From a virus (taxonomy: Duplodnaviria > Heunggongvirae > Uroviricota > Caudoviricetes), in the IMG/VR virus record IMGVR_UViG_637000265_000001: DNA of 64,000 nucleotides, one strand, 5' to 3'. Shown in pieces: positions 53,485 to 62,779 of the stretch. A model generated the notes under the pieces. That model made no database searches and was not told the origin of the DNA. It saw only the letters and a program-made list of their open reading frames with translations. The translations under genes and the position numbers were made by a program. The number at the start of each line of letters is the position of its first letter. Positions within the stretch are counted from its first letter, which is position 1.

Positions 53485-53646
53485 ATGACAAAACGTCGTA
53501 AGAAATACCAGGAAAAAGAAGAGATTCGACACCCTGATTCACCTGAGGGATTAGTGGTAGCCGCAGCAAATAACAGGGCGTTCGCAGAGCGCCTTGTTGG
53601 TGTTTACAGACTAGCCAAAGCAGGAGTGAAACATGGGCGTCGTTAA
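53485..53646 (+). CDS. hypothetical 53-aa basic protein
   Basis: Not in the track. GGGAG RBS. MTKRRKKYQEKEEIRHPDSPEG.. Confidence 0.35.
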   Translation: MTKRRKKYQEKEEIRHPDSPEGLVVAAANNRAFAERLVGVYRLAKAGVKHGRR

Positions 53647-54457
53647 GTTAGCTGATTACAGGCATAACCCTGTACAACATCAGGAGGCATCCAGTATGGG
53701 GTATGTCTCTATACACCGCCAGTTTATGGACAGCAGGCTCTATAAGGACTCTCAGGCAGTACATCTTTGGCTTCACTTAATCCTCAAGGCTAATCACGAA
53801 TCTACTGTCGTCAATACGGATATCGGTCCGATAACTGTTGATCGCGGTCAGATGATAACTGGACGCCCGTCGCTGGTCAGAGAAACATTCATCCCCGACA
53901 ACAAAGTTCGGAGCTTATTACGGACTTTTGAGTCGAAAGGGATGCTTAATATTTGCTCGATGGGGAAGAAATTTAGCCTGTTTACAATCGTTAAATATGA
54001 CGATTTTCAGGCAAAAAATTGTCCAACGGTTGTCCAACGGTTGTCCATAAACAATAATATAAATAATATCTCTAATACTGACGTATTAGAGAGTGCCACA
54101 GCAGACAAAAAGTCTAACAAGAAAAAACCTTCCGTCAGCTGTCAGGATGTTGTCGATGCTTACCACGAAATCCTTCCTGAAGCGCCAAGAATCCGCGCAC
54201 TGAATGACAAGCGTAAAAACCAGATCCGAACGTTCTGGCGCAAAGCCGGAGTGATAACCCGCCAGCTTGACGGACATGGGTTCACGATGCAGGACTGGAG
54301 AAATTATTTGAGCTACGTAGGCGAAAATTGTCGATGGATGTTCGAAGAGCGTCCAAACCATCAACGCGGAACTGTCTGGCACAAAAAGGGATTTGATTTC
54401 CTGCTTAACGATAATACCTACCTGAAAGTTCGTGAGGGTGAACACGATGACCGATAA
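53633..54457 (+). CDS. replication initiator (lambda O / P22 gp18 position) containing the origin
   Basis: Position upstream of the DnaB-like helicase. Internal iterons plus an AT-rich tract. Confidence 0.7.
   Translation: MGVVKLADYRHNPVQHQEASSMGYVSIHRQFMDSRLYKDSQAVHLWLHLILKANHESTVVNTDIGPITVDRGQMITGRPSLVRETFIPDNKVRSLLRTFESKGMLNICSMGKKFSLFTIVKYDDFQAKNCPTVVQRLSINNNINNISNTDVLESATADKKSNKKKPSVSCQDVVDAYHEILPEAPRIRALNDKRKNQIRTFWRKAGVITRQLDGHGFTMQDWRNYLSYVGENCRWMFEERPNHQRGTVWHKKGFDFLLNDNTYLKVREGEHDDR
54019..54048 (+). repeat. ori iterons: TTGTCCAACGG x2 plus TTGTCCATAA, followed by an AT-rich stretch to about 54080
   Basis: Direct tandem repeats read in the sequence, inside the initiator gene. Confidence 0.65.
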
Positions 54458-55883
54458 TTTTTATGCGCCGCCCCATAGCATCGAGGCAGAGCAGGCGGTG
54501 ATTGGTGGATTGCTTCTGGATGATGACAGCAGTGAGCGCGTCCAGAAAGTTCTGGCGATGCTGAAGCCTGATTCATTTTACAGCCGACCACACAAAATCA
54601 TTTTCGAAGAAATAACCAGAATGCACCGTGAGCAAAAGCCAGTAGATGGCCTGACGCTTTTCGATGAACTGGAGCGTAAATCGTTAACGGCTTCTGTTGG
54701 CGGTTTTGCTTATATCGCTGAGATCGCAAAGAACACGCCAAGCGCAGCAAATATCGTTGCCTATGCAATGCAGGTTCGTGAAACCGCAATGGAACGCTAC
54801 GCCATCAACCGCATGACTGAAGCGACGGAATTGCTCTATTCCCGCAACGGAATGACTGCAACGCAGAAGTACGAAGCTATTCAGGCGATTTTCACGCAAC
54901 TGACAGACCATGCAAAAACCGGATCGCGTCGCGGCCTTCGCTCATTTGGTGAGGTCATGGAAGACTGGGTTAGCGACCTTGAGAAGCGATTTGACCCGTC
55001 AGGTGAACAACGAGGAATGAGCACAGGGATCCCATCGCTGGACAGGATGCTGTCACCGAAAGGTCTGGTGAAAGGCTCTCTGTTTGTCATTGGCGCTCGC
55101 CCTAAGATGGGGAAAACGACGCTATACAGCCAGATGGCAATCAACTGCGCAGTGCATGAGAAAAAGCCCGCTCTTATGTTCAGCCTTGAAATGCCAGGTG
55201 ACCAGATACTGGAAAAACTGGTAGGGCAGAAGTCTGGTGTTAACCCGAATATTTTTTACCTTCCGGCGACAAATGACGCTGATGACGGCTATCAGGGTGA
55301 TTACGATGGTGACTTCAACAGGGCGATCGAAACAGCCAATCGCTTGAGTGAAATCGACCTGCTTTACATCGACGACACGCCGGGATTATCTCTGGCTCAA
55401 ATCGTCAGCGAAAGCCGTCGAATCAAGCGAGAAAAAGGATGTGTTGGCATGATTCTGGTCGATTACCTGACACTAATGACCGCTGAGAAGGCCGATCGCA
55501 ACGACCTTGCTTACGGCATGATCACCAAAGGACTGAAGAACCTTGCCAAAGAGCTTGATTGCGTTGTTGTGCTTCTGACACAGCTTAACCGCGCACTGGA
55601 AAGCCGAACCAATAAACGCCCATTACCAAGTGACTCACGAGATACAGGGCAGATTGAACAGGATTGCGATTATTGGGTTGGGATCCATCGGGAAGGTGCT
55701 TTTGATGACAGCGTTCCTCCTGGTGAAACCGAACTAATCCTTCGTCTCAATCGTCATGGCAATACCGGCACGGTGTATTGCATTCAGGCAAATGGCGCTA
55801 TTTATGACACAGACCAACAGTCTGCTGAAATGCGCCGCCGTGAACGCGAGGAACCGCAGTCCAAGAAGAAAGGAGGATTCTGA
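54447..55883 (+). CDS. replicative DNA helicase, DnaB family (P22 gp12 type)
   Basis: PPHSIEAEQAVIGGLLLD.. N-terminus, Walker A GARPKMGKT, and ..LLTQLNR..E.R. Confidence 0.92.
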   Translation: MTDNFYAPPHSIEAEQAVIGGLLLDDDSSERVQKVLAMLKPDSFYSRPHKIIFEEITRMHREQKPVDGLTLFDELERKSLTASVGGFAYIAEIAKNTPSAANIVAYAMQVRETAMERYAINRMTEATELLYSRNGMTATQKYEAIQAIFTQLTDHAKTGSRRGLRSFGEVMEDWVSDLEKRFDPSGEQRGMSTGIPSLDRMLSPKGLVKGSLFVIGARPKMGKTTLYSQMAINCAVHEKKPALMFSLEMPGDQILEKLVGQKSGVNPNIFYLPATNDADDGYQGDYDGDFNRAIETANRLSEIDLLYIDDTPGLSLAQIVSESRRIKREKGCVGMILVDYLTLMTAEKADRNDLAYGMITKGLKNLAKELDCVVVLLTQLNRALESRTNKRPLPSDSRDTGQIEQDCDYWVGIHREGAFDDSVPPGETELILRLNRHGNTGTVYCIQANGAIYDTDQQSAEMRRREREEPQSKKKGGF

Positions 55884-55963
55884 TGACCATCTACATCACT
55901 GAGCTTGTAACAGGCCTGCTGGTAATAGCAGGCCTTTTTATTTGGGGGAGAGGGAAGTCATGA
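55883..55963 (+). CDS. 26-aa hydrophobic ORF ([26 protein letters not shown]) containing a terminator-like hairpin (55912-55940)
   Basis: Chain-coupled (TGATG with the helicase stop, ATGA with the ninB start). AGGCCTGCT-GGTAAT-AGCAGGCCT plus TTTT could instead be a tR2-type terminator. Confidence 0.3.
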   Translation: MTIYITELVTGLLVIAGLFIWGRGKS

Positions 55964-56400
55964 AAAAACTAACCTTTGAAATTCGATCTCCAGCACATCA
56001 GCAAAACGCTATTCACGCAGTACAGCAAATCCTTCCAGACCCAACCAAACCAATCGTAGTAACCATTCAGGAACGCAACCGCAGCTTAGACCAAAATCGG
56101 AAGCTTTGGGCTTGCCTTGGTGACGTCTCTCGTCAGGTTGAATGGCATGGTCGCTGGCTGGATGCAGAAAGCTGGAAGTGTGTGTTTACCGCAGCATTAA
56201 AGCAGCAGGACGTTGTTCCTAACCTTGCCGGGAATGGCTTTGTGGTAATAGGCCAGTCAACCAGCAGGATGCGTGTAAGCGAATTTGCGGAGCTATTAGA
56301 GCTTATACAGGCATTCGGTACAGAGCGTGGCGTTAAGTGGTCAGACGAAGCGCGACTGGCTCTGGAGTGGAAAGCAAGATGGGGAGACAGGGCGGCATGA
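55960..56400 (+). CDS. ninB: NinB (Orf) recombination mediator
   Basis: [51 protein letters not shown].. is lambda NinB. Confidence 0.92.
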   Translation: MKKLTFEIRSPAHQQNAIHAVQQILPDPTKPIVVTIQERNRSLDQNRKLWACLGDVSRQVEWHGRWLDAESWKCVFTAALKQQDVVPNLAGNGFVVIGQSTSRMRVSEFAELLELIQAFGTERGVKWSDEARLALEWKARWGDRAA

Positions 56401-56573
56401 GACGACAGCGACGAAGCATCACCGACATAATCTGCGAAAACTGCAAATACCTTCCAACGAAACGCTCCAGAAATAAACGCAAGCCAATCCCAAAAGAATC
56501 TGACGTAAAAACCTTCAACTACACGGCTCACCTGTGGGATATCCGGTGGCTAAGACATCGTGCGAGGAAATGA
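56397..56573 (+). CDS. ninD: NinD
   Basis: [58 protein letters not shown]. Confidence 0.85.
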   Translation: MRRQRRSITDIICENCKYLPTKRSRNKRKPIPKESDVKTFNYTAHLWDIRWLRHRARK

Positions 56574-56977
56574 CAATGCTTTTAATTCAACCTGGATTTG
56601 GACTTAGCATCAAAAAAGGCCACATGTTTGGCGAGAAAGAGTCACAACGAAAAATGGTGTCTATCCGGTTGCCATTTATCAGTATTTATTGGCTAAACAG
56701 GGAGGCAACAAATTATTGGTATACATGCGCCAGAGCAGCATTTAACGACCCTGACTGGTTTGTGAAAAACCACCACGCAGTTCGTCAGGCAAAGAGAAAG
56801 GCCAACCTGACATACATAAAGGCGTATCAAAAAGCATGGAAAGAACACCGCGATCGATACCAACAAGACATGGAAAAGCTTGAATCAGAAAACATGGAAT
56901 TAAGACGAAAGCTCGGTGAAGCAAAACGAGACATTGATGCTTACAAGCGACTTTTTAATGGTGAAAGCCATGCTTAG
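56570..56977 (+). CDS. hypothetical nin-region protein (135 aa)
   Basis: ATGA overlap with the NinD stop. C-terminal coiled coil. Confidence 0.5.
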   Translation: MTMLLIQPGFGLSIKKGHMFGEKESQRKMVSIRLPFISIYWLNREATNYWYTCARAAFNDPDWFVKNHHAVRQAKRKANLTYIKAYQKAWKEHRDRYQQDMEKLESENMELRRKLGEAKRDIDAYKRLFNGESHA

Positions 56978-57146
56978 CCCATCCCAATCCATTCAATACC
57001 AGAAAGAAAGCGTCGAGCGGGCTTTAACGTGCGCTAACTGCGGTCAGAAGCTGCATGTGCTGGAAGTTCACGTGTGTGAGCACTGCTGTACAGAACTGAT
57101 GAGCGATCCGAATAGCTCAATGTACGAGGAAGAAGACGATGAATGA
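56970..57146 (+). CDS. ninF: NinF
   Basis: [55 protein letters not shown]. Confidence 0.85.
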   Translation: MLSPSQSIQYQKESVERALTCANCGQKLHVLEVHVCEHCCTELMSDPNSSMYEEEDDE

Positions 57147-57861
57147 GTTAATAAATGGCAATGTCATCAAAATGACAAGCATTGAAATCGCTGAGTTGGT
57201 GGGTAAGCGTCATGACAATGTGAAACGTACCATCGAAACGCTGGCTAAAAATGGTGTTATCCGGCTTCCTCAAATTGAGGATTGTGGAAGAATCAATGGG
57301 TTAGGCTTAAATCAAAGTTTTTGTGTGTATGTATTCGAAGGCGAACAAGGAAAGCGAGACAGTATTGTCGTTGTAGCCCAGTTGTCGCCGGAATTCACCG
57401 CTCGTCTTGTTGACCGTTGGCGAGAGCTTGAAGAATCTGCGGTTAATATCCCAAAAACGCTACCAGAAGCGTTGCGCCTTGCTGCTGACCTTGCTGAGCA
57501 GAAAATGCAACTGGAAAACCAGCTCGCAATTGCCGCACCTAAAGTTGAGTTTGCCGATCGCGTTGGCGAGGCCAGCGGAATTTTGATTGGAAACTTTGCA
57601 AAGGTTGTCGGTATTGGTCCAAACAAACTGTTTGCGTGGATGCGCGATCACAAAATCCTTATTGCTTCAGGTACCCGGCGCAATGTGCCAATGCAGGAAT
57701 ATATGGATCGCGGCTATTTCACAGTGAAAGAAACAGCGGTCAACACAAATCACGGAATACAGATATCGTTCACCACAAAAATCACCGGGCGTGGTCAACA
57801 GTGGCTGACCAGAAAGCTGCTCGATAACGGAATGCTGAAAGTAACAGGGGAGGCTGCTTAA
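57139..57861 (+). CDS. Rha-family regulator fused to a KilAC/ANT antirepressor domain (240 aa)
   Basis: MTSIEIAELVGKRHDNVKRTIETL (Rha motif). KVEFADRVGEASGILIGNFAKVVGIGPNKLFAWMRDHKIL (ANT motif). Confidence 0.7.
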   Translation: MNELINGNVIKMTSIEIAELVGKRHDNVKRTIETLAKNGVIRLPQIEDCGRINGLGLNQSFCVYVFEGEQGKRDSIVVVAQLSPEFTARLVDRWRELEESAVNIPKTLPEALRLAADLAEQKMQLENQLAIAAPKVEFADRVGEASGILIGNFAKVVGIGPNKLFAWMRDHKILIASGTRRNVPMQEYMDRGYFTVKETAVNTNHGIQISFTTKITGRGQQWLTRKLLDNGMLKVTGEAA

Positions 57862-58151
57862 TGGCTAATCTACGCAAAGAAGCACGCGGCAGAGAATGCC
57901 AGGTACGTATTTACGGCGTATGCAATGGTAATCCTGAAACTACAGTTCTGGCACATTACCGGATGGCTGGAATTTGCGGAACGGGAATGAAGCCTGACGA
58001 CATGATCGGCGCATGGGCTTGTAGCGCGTGTCACGATGAAATCGACCGACGCACCCATAATATCGACAACAAAGACGCCAGACTTTACCACCTCGAAGGC
58101 GTAATCAGGACGCAGGCGGTATTGCTGAAGGAGGGGAAGGTTAAGTCATGA
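57861..58151 (+). CDS. YbcO-like (DUF1364) Cys-rich protein, 96 aa
   Basis: Position upstream of rusA as in DLP12. CxxC-type cysteines. Confidence 0.6.
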   Translation: MANLRKEARGRECQVRIYGVCNGNPETTVLAHYRMAGICGTGMKPDDMIGAWACSACHDEIDRRTHNIDNKDARLYHLEGVIRTQAVLLKEGKVKS

Positions 58152-58510
58152 ATGAATATCGGTTTGTGCTTCCATACCCGCCGTCGGTGAATACCTACTG
58201 GCGAAGACGGGGAAGCCAATATTACATCAGCGATAAAGGTCAGAAATACCGAAAAGACGTTCAGCAAATCATCCGCCAACTTAAGTTAGACATTTTCACC
58301 AAATCACGACTCCGCATCAAAGTCATCGCAGACGTTCCAGACTCCCGCCGCCGCGACCTCGATAACATCCTGAAAGGTTTACTCGACTCCCTTATCCACG
58401 CCGGATTTGCGGAAGACGACGAGCAATTCGATGACATTCGCGTAATTCGTGGTGTGAAAGTACCAGGCGGACGGCTTGGAATAAAAATCACCGAACTGGA
58501 GAACGTATGA
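58148..58510 (+). CDS. rusA: Holliday junction resolvase RusA
   Basis: 120 aa with ..PPS.N.YWR......Y.S..G..YR......RRRDLDN..K...D.L...G...DD motifs. Confidence 0.88.
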   Translation: MNEYRFVLPYPPSVNTYWRRRGSQYYISDKGQKYRKDVQQIIRQLKLDIFTKSRLRIKVIADVPDSRRRDLDNILKGLLDSLIHAGFAEDDEQFDDIRVIRGVKVPGGRLGIKITELENV

Positions 58511-58695
58511 ACGCCACAATTCAAACGATACCAGAGCTTCTTATCCAGACACGAGGCAATCAGACCGAAGTGGCGAGGATGCTTTCCTGTGCAAGAGGAA
58601 CAGTGCTCAAGTACAACCGAGACAGCAAAGGTGAGCGTCACGTAATAGTTAACGGCGTCCTGATGGTCAAACAGGGCAAGAGGGGTAGACCATGA
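58507..58695 (+). CDS. ninH: NinH-like protein
   Basis: ..GNQTEVARML.C.RGTV.KY..D..G..H.IVN.VLMV resembles lambda NinH. Confidence 0.75.
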   Translation: MNATIQTIPELLIQTRGNQTEVARMLSCARGTVLKYNRDSKGERHVIVNGVLMVKQGKRGRP

Positions 58696-59315
58696 GACTC
58701 GAAAGTGTAGCTAAATTTCATTCGCCAAAAAGCCCGATGATGAGCGACTCACCACGGGCTACGGCTTCTGACTCTCTTTCCGGTACTGATGTGATGGCTG
58801 CTATGGGGATGGCGCAATCACAAGCCGGATTCGGAATGGCTGCATTCTGTGGTAAGCACGAACTCAGCCAGAACGACAAACAAAAGGCTATCAACTATCT
58901 GATGCAATTTGCACACAAGGTATCGGGGAAATACCGTGGTGTGGCAAAGCTCGAAGGAAATACTAAGGCAAAGGTACTGCAAGTGCTCGCAACATTCGCT
59001 TATGCGGATTATTGCCGTAGTGCCGCGACGCCTGGCGCAAGATGCAGAGATTGTCACGGTACAGGCCGTGCGGTTGATATAGCAAAAACAGAGCAGTGGG
59101 GGAGAGTTGTTGAGAAAGAATGCGGAAGATGCAAAGGTGTCGGCTATTCAAGGATGCCAGCAAGCGCCGCATATCGCGCTGTGACGATGCTAATCCCAAA
59201 TCTTACCCAACCCACCTGGTCACGCACTGTTAAGCCGCTGTATGACGCTCTGGTGGTGCAATGCCACAAAGAAGAGTCAATCGCAGACAACATTTTGAAT
59301 GCGGTCACACGTTAG
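58692..59315 (+). CDS. Q: late antiterminator Q (lambda type, 207 aa)
   Basis: MRLESVAKFHSPKSPMMSDSPRATASDSLSGTDVMAAMGMAQSQAGFGMAAFCGKHELSQNDKQKAINYLMQFAHKV.. is lambda Q. Confidence 0.95.
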   Translation: MRLESVAKFHSPKSPMMSDSPRATASDSLSGTDVMAAMGMAQSQAGFGMAAFCGKHELSQNDKQKAINYLMQFAHKVSGKYRGVAKLEGNTKAKVLQVLATFAYADYCRSAATPGARCRDCHGTGRAVDIAKTEQWGRVVEKECGRCKGVGYSRMPASAAYRAVTMLIPNLTQPTWSRTVKPLYDALVVQCHKEESIADNILNAVTR

Positions 59316-59357
59316 CAGCATGATTGCCACGGATGGCAACATATTAACGGCATGATA

Positions 59358-59386
59358 TTGACTTTTTGAATAAAGTTGGGTAAATT
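59358..59386 (+). promoter_or_regulatory. late promoter pR' (-35 TTGACT, 17-nt spacer, -10 TAAATT) with qut region
   Basis: Near identical to the lambda pR' sequence as remembered. Confidence 0.85.
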
Positions 59387-59527
59387 TGACCCAACGATGG
59401 GTTAATTCGCTCGTTGTGGTAGTGAGATGAAAAGAGGCGGCGCTTACTACCGATTCCGCCTAGTTGGTCACTTCGACGTATCGTCTGGAACTCCAACCAT
59501 CGCAGGCTGAGAGGTCTGCAAAATGCA

Positions 59528-59586
59528 ATCCCGAAACAGTTCGCAGGTAATAGTTAGAGCCTGCATAACGGTTTCGGGATTTTTTA
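59528..59586 (+). terminator. tR' (end of 6S-type leader RNA)
   Basis: ATCCCGAAAC....GTTTCGGGAT followed by TTTTTAT, as in lambda. Confidence 0.85.
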
Positions 59587-59983
59587 TATCTGTGTAACAG
59601 GTAAGAGCATTCTCCCTTATGGGGCTTGGCTTAAATGCACCGAGTGCTCTTTCCGTTGTGCTGAATTAAGCGAATACCGGAAGCAGAACCGGATCAACAA
59701 ATGCGTACAGGCGTCATCGCCGCCCAGCAACAGCACAACCCAAACTGAGCCGTAGCCACTGGCTATCCTGAATTCATCAGTAATAGTTACGCTGCGGCCT
59801 TCTACACATGACCTTCGTGAAAGCGGGTGGCAAGAGGTTGCGCTAACAACCTCCTGCCGTTTTGCCCGTGCATATCGGTCACGAACAAATCTGATTACTA
59901 AACACAGTAGCCTGGATTTGTTCTATCAGTAATCGACCTTATTCCTAATTAAATAGAGCAAATCCCCTTATTGGGGGTAAGAC

Positions 59984-60307
59984 ATGAAGATGCCAGAAAA
60001 ACATGACCTGTTAGCCGCCATTCTCGCGGCAAAGGAACAAGGCATCGGGGCAATCCTTGCGTTTGCAATGGCGTACCTTCGCGGCAGATATAATGGCGGT
60101 GCGTTTACAAAAACAGTAATCGACGCAACGATGTGCGCCATTATCGCCTGGTTCATTCGTGACCTTCTCGACTTCGCCGGACTAAGTAGCAATCTCGCTT
60201 ATATAACGAGCGTGTTCATCGGCTACATCGGTACTGACTCGATTGGTTCGCTTATCAAACGCTTCGCTGCTAAAAAAGCCGGAGTAGAAGATGGTGGAAA
60301 TCAATAA
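59984..60307 (+). CDS. S: class I holin S (S107/S105 dual start MKM)
   Basis: [67 protein letters not shown].. is lambda S. Confidence 0.95.
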   Translation: MKMPEKHDLLAAILAAKEQGIGAILAFAMAYLRGRYNGGAFTKTVIDATMCAIIAWFIRDLLDFAGLSSNLAYITSVFIGYIGTDSIGSLIKRFAAKKAGVEDGGNQ

Positions 60308-60768
60308 TCAACGTAAGGCGTTCCTCGATATGCTGGCGTGGTCAGAGGGAACTGATAACGGACGTCAGAAAACCAGAAATCATGGTTATGACGTCATTGT
60401 TGGCGGAGAGCTATTTACCGATTACTCCGATCACCCTCGCAAACTTGTCACGCTAAACCCAAAACTCAAATCAACAGCAGCAGGACGTTACCAGCTTCTT
60501 TCCCGTTGGTGGGATGCCTATCGTAAGCAGCTTGGCCTGAAAGACTTCTCTCCCAAAAGCCAAGACGCTGTTGCGCTGCAGCAGATTAAGGAACGTGGCG
60601 CTTTGGCCGATGATTGATCGCGGTGATATCCGTCAGGCAATCGACCGTTGCAGCAATATCTGGGCTTCACTGCCGGGTGCTGGTTATGGTCAGTTCGAGC
60701 ATAAGGCTGACAGCCTGATTGCAAAATTCAAAGAAGCAGGCGGAACGGTCAGAGAGATTGAGGTATGA
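60291..60768 (+). pseudogene. R: lambda R transglycosylase, frameshifted
   Basis: Split into tracked ORFs 60291..60617 and 60571..60768. gctttGGCCGatgattg carries one nucleotide more than the lambda GCTTTACCTATGATTG I remember. The frame breaks at ..IKERGAL|PMIDRGDIRQAI. Confidence 0.85.
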
Positions 60769-61202
60769 GCAGAGTAACCGCGATTATCTCCGCTCTGGTT
60801 ATCTGCATCATCGTCTGTCTGTCATGGGCGGTTAATCATTACCGTGATAACGCCATGACCTACAAAGAGCAGCGCGATAAGGCCGCATCCACAATCGCTG
60901 ACATGCAGAAGCGTCAACGTGATGTAGCAGAACTTGACGCCAGATACACAAAGGAGCTTGCTGATGCTAACGCGACTATCGAAAGTCTCCGTGATGATGT
61001 TTCTGCTGGGCGTAAGCGGCTGCAAGTCGCCGCCTCATGTGCAAAGTCAAAGACCGGAGCCAGCGGCATGGGCGATGGAGAAAGCCCAGGACTTACAGCA
61101 GATGCTGAACTCAATTATTACCGTCTCCGAAGTGGAATCGACAAGATAACCGCGCAGGTTAACTACCTGCAGGAATACATCAGGACGCAATGCCTGAAAT
61201 AA
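60765..61202 (+). CDS. Rz: i-spanin Rz
   Basis: 145 aa. The N-terminus is nearly identical to the Rz at 636..1103. Confidence 0.9.
   Translation: MSRVTAIISALVICIIVCLSWAVNHYRDNAMTYKEQRDKAASTIADMQKRQRDVAELDARYTKELADANATIESLRDDVSAGRKRLQVAASCAKSKTGASGMGDGESPGLTADAELNYYRLRSGIDKITAQVNYLQEYIRTQCLK
60964..61149 (+). CDS. Rz1: o-spanin Rz1 embedded in Rz
   Basis: AAGGAG 7 nt upstream of ATG 60964. Lipobox LLGVSGC. Internal start of tracked ORF 60934..61149. Confidence 0.75.
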   Translation: MLTRLSKVSVMMFLLGVSGCKSPPHVQSQRPEPAAWAMEKAQDLQQMLNSIITVSEVESTR

Positions 61203-61403
61203 TTTTTTTGCAAATCACAAAGTCCATTTAATGAGCCTCACGATGCGGGGCTTTTTGCAATAAATGCGTACCGCAACGCATGTTTTTTACACCGAACCTG
61301 CCCCTTTGGAATGGGCCTTTGAGGATACCAGTTAGTGCTGGCGAGCCTCGGTGGGCTGGTTTTCTGTGCGGCAAAGGTTCATTTCAAATGGTAGGTAAAC
61401 GTT

Positions 61404-61925
61404 ATGAATATCGTGCCACTTAATTACAAAGGTGAAATTGTCAGTTTCAACACTGATGGTTGGATCAACGTCACAGGTGTTGCTGAGAGATTTGGGAAAC
61501 GCATTGATAACTGGATGAGTTTGGCAGAAACGCTTGAATACGTTCGTGCTTTAGACGAAGCGTTGACCGGGAAAGAATCTCAAATTTTACATCCCTCACA
61601 ATCGAGGTATGTAAAAACCAGCAAGGCACGAAAGGACAGGGGTGGTGGTACGTGGCTACATCCAAAACTTTCAGTTGCATTTGCCCGTTGGTGTGATGCT
61701 CGTTTTGCTGTGTGGTGCGACCTGCACATTGATAGTCTGCTTCGCGGTGAACTGACTGAGCAGCAGAAATATGAGCAAGCATGTCGCATTCGCGATGACC
61801 GGAAATCAAAAGCCAGCAATGGGGCAAGAGAGATGGCTCGCTGGCGATGGGATAAGCCGGTTATTGAAGCAAATGTCGAGTACTGGCGCGAGCAACTGCA
61901 GTTGACTCTCGATATCGCTTGCTGA
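61404..61925 (+). CDS. KilA-N domain protein (173 aa)
   Basis: ..GGGTWLHPKLSVAFARWCDARFAVWCDLHI.. is a KilA-N hallmark. Confidence 0.7.
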   Translation: MNIVPLNYKGEIVSFNTDGWINVTGVAERFGKRIDNWMSLAETLEYVRALDEALTGKESQILHPSQSRYVKTSKARKDRGGGTWLHPKLSVAFARWCDARFAVWCDLHIDSLLRGELTEQQKYEQACRIRDDRKSKASNGAREMARWRWDKPVIEANVEYWREQLQLTLDIAC

Positions 61926-62341
61926 TGGCAAACGCAAAACTGCGTTATCGGAAAAATCAAAGCATTACGAGAACTGAGCAACAGCTATCCATTACAAAGC
62001 CCATCAATGGGTGAGCTTGATAATGAAACCGGAATTTATTCTGGGCAACCAGTTACGGCAGTACCGCGAAACAACCCAAGCCAGTAAGTGGGGAAATAAC
62101 ACTGGCAGCCACTGAAAGATGAACCTCCTGCCTTATGGCAAAAAAGATTCTTTGTGGTGGCGGACTGATGGAAAGACATCCTAATTTCAGCCAAACATTG
62201 AAGAAGTTGTTATGTCAGCAGAAGGTTTCAATAACCCATCAAAATTCCGGGATGAGTGGGATAGCAGCGTAAAGAGTAAGTGATGCCATCACAAAAGCCA
62301 TTCCCTACAGAGTGGCTTTGATAATGGCTTATACCCTACAC

Positions 62342-62367
62342 GGGATATCTTAACTGATATCCCTTTT
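62342..62367 (+). terminator. hairpin plus T-tract just before IS600
   Basis: GGGATATC-TTAACT-GATATCCC followed by TTTT. Confidence 0.5.
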
Positions 62368-62441
62368 AACGGATAAATGAGGTAGCCTGAGTTTAACGGA
62401 CACTCCTTCCTGAAATAGAATGGCATCAGAAGGAGCTAATA

Positions 62442-62744
62442 ATGAGCAGAAAAACCCAACGTTACTCTAAAGAGTTCAAAGCCGAAGCTGTCAGAACGGT
62501 TCTTGAAAATCAACTTTCGATCAGTGAAGGCGCTTCCCGATTATCTCTTCCTGAAGGCACTTTAGGACAATGGGTTACCGCCGCCAGAAAAGGGCTCGGT
62601 ACTCCTGGTTCCCGCACGGTGGCTGAACTGGAATCTGAAATTCTGCAACTGCGTAAGGCGTTAAATGAAGCTCGCCTTGAGCGCGATATATTAAAAAAAG
62701 CAACAGCGTATTTTGCACAGGAGTCGCTGAAAAATACGCGTTAA
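62442..62744 (+). CDS. IS600 OrfA
   Basis: MSRKTQRYSKEFKAEAVRTVLENQLSISEGASRLSLPEGTLGQWV.. Confidence 0.92.
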   Translation: MSRKTQRYSKEFKAEAVRTVLENQLSISEGASRLSLPEGTLGQWVTAARKGLGTPGSRTVAELESEILQLRKALNEARLERDILKKATAYFAQESLKNTR

Positions 62745-62779
62745 TCGAACAATGGCGACAACAATTTCCCATTGAAGCG

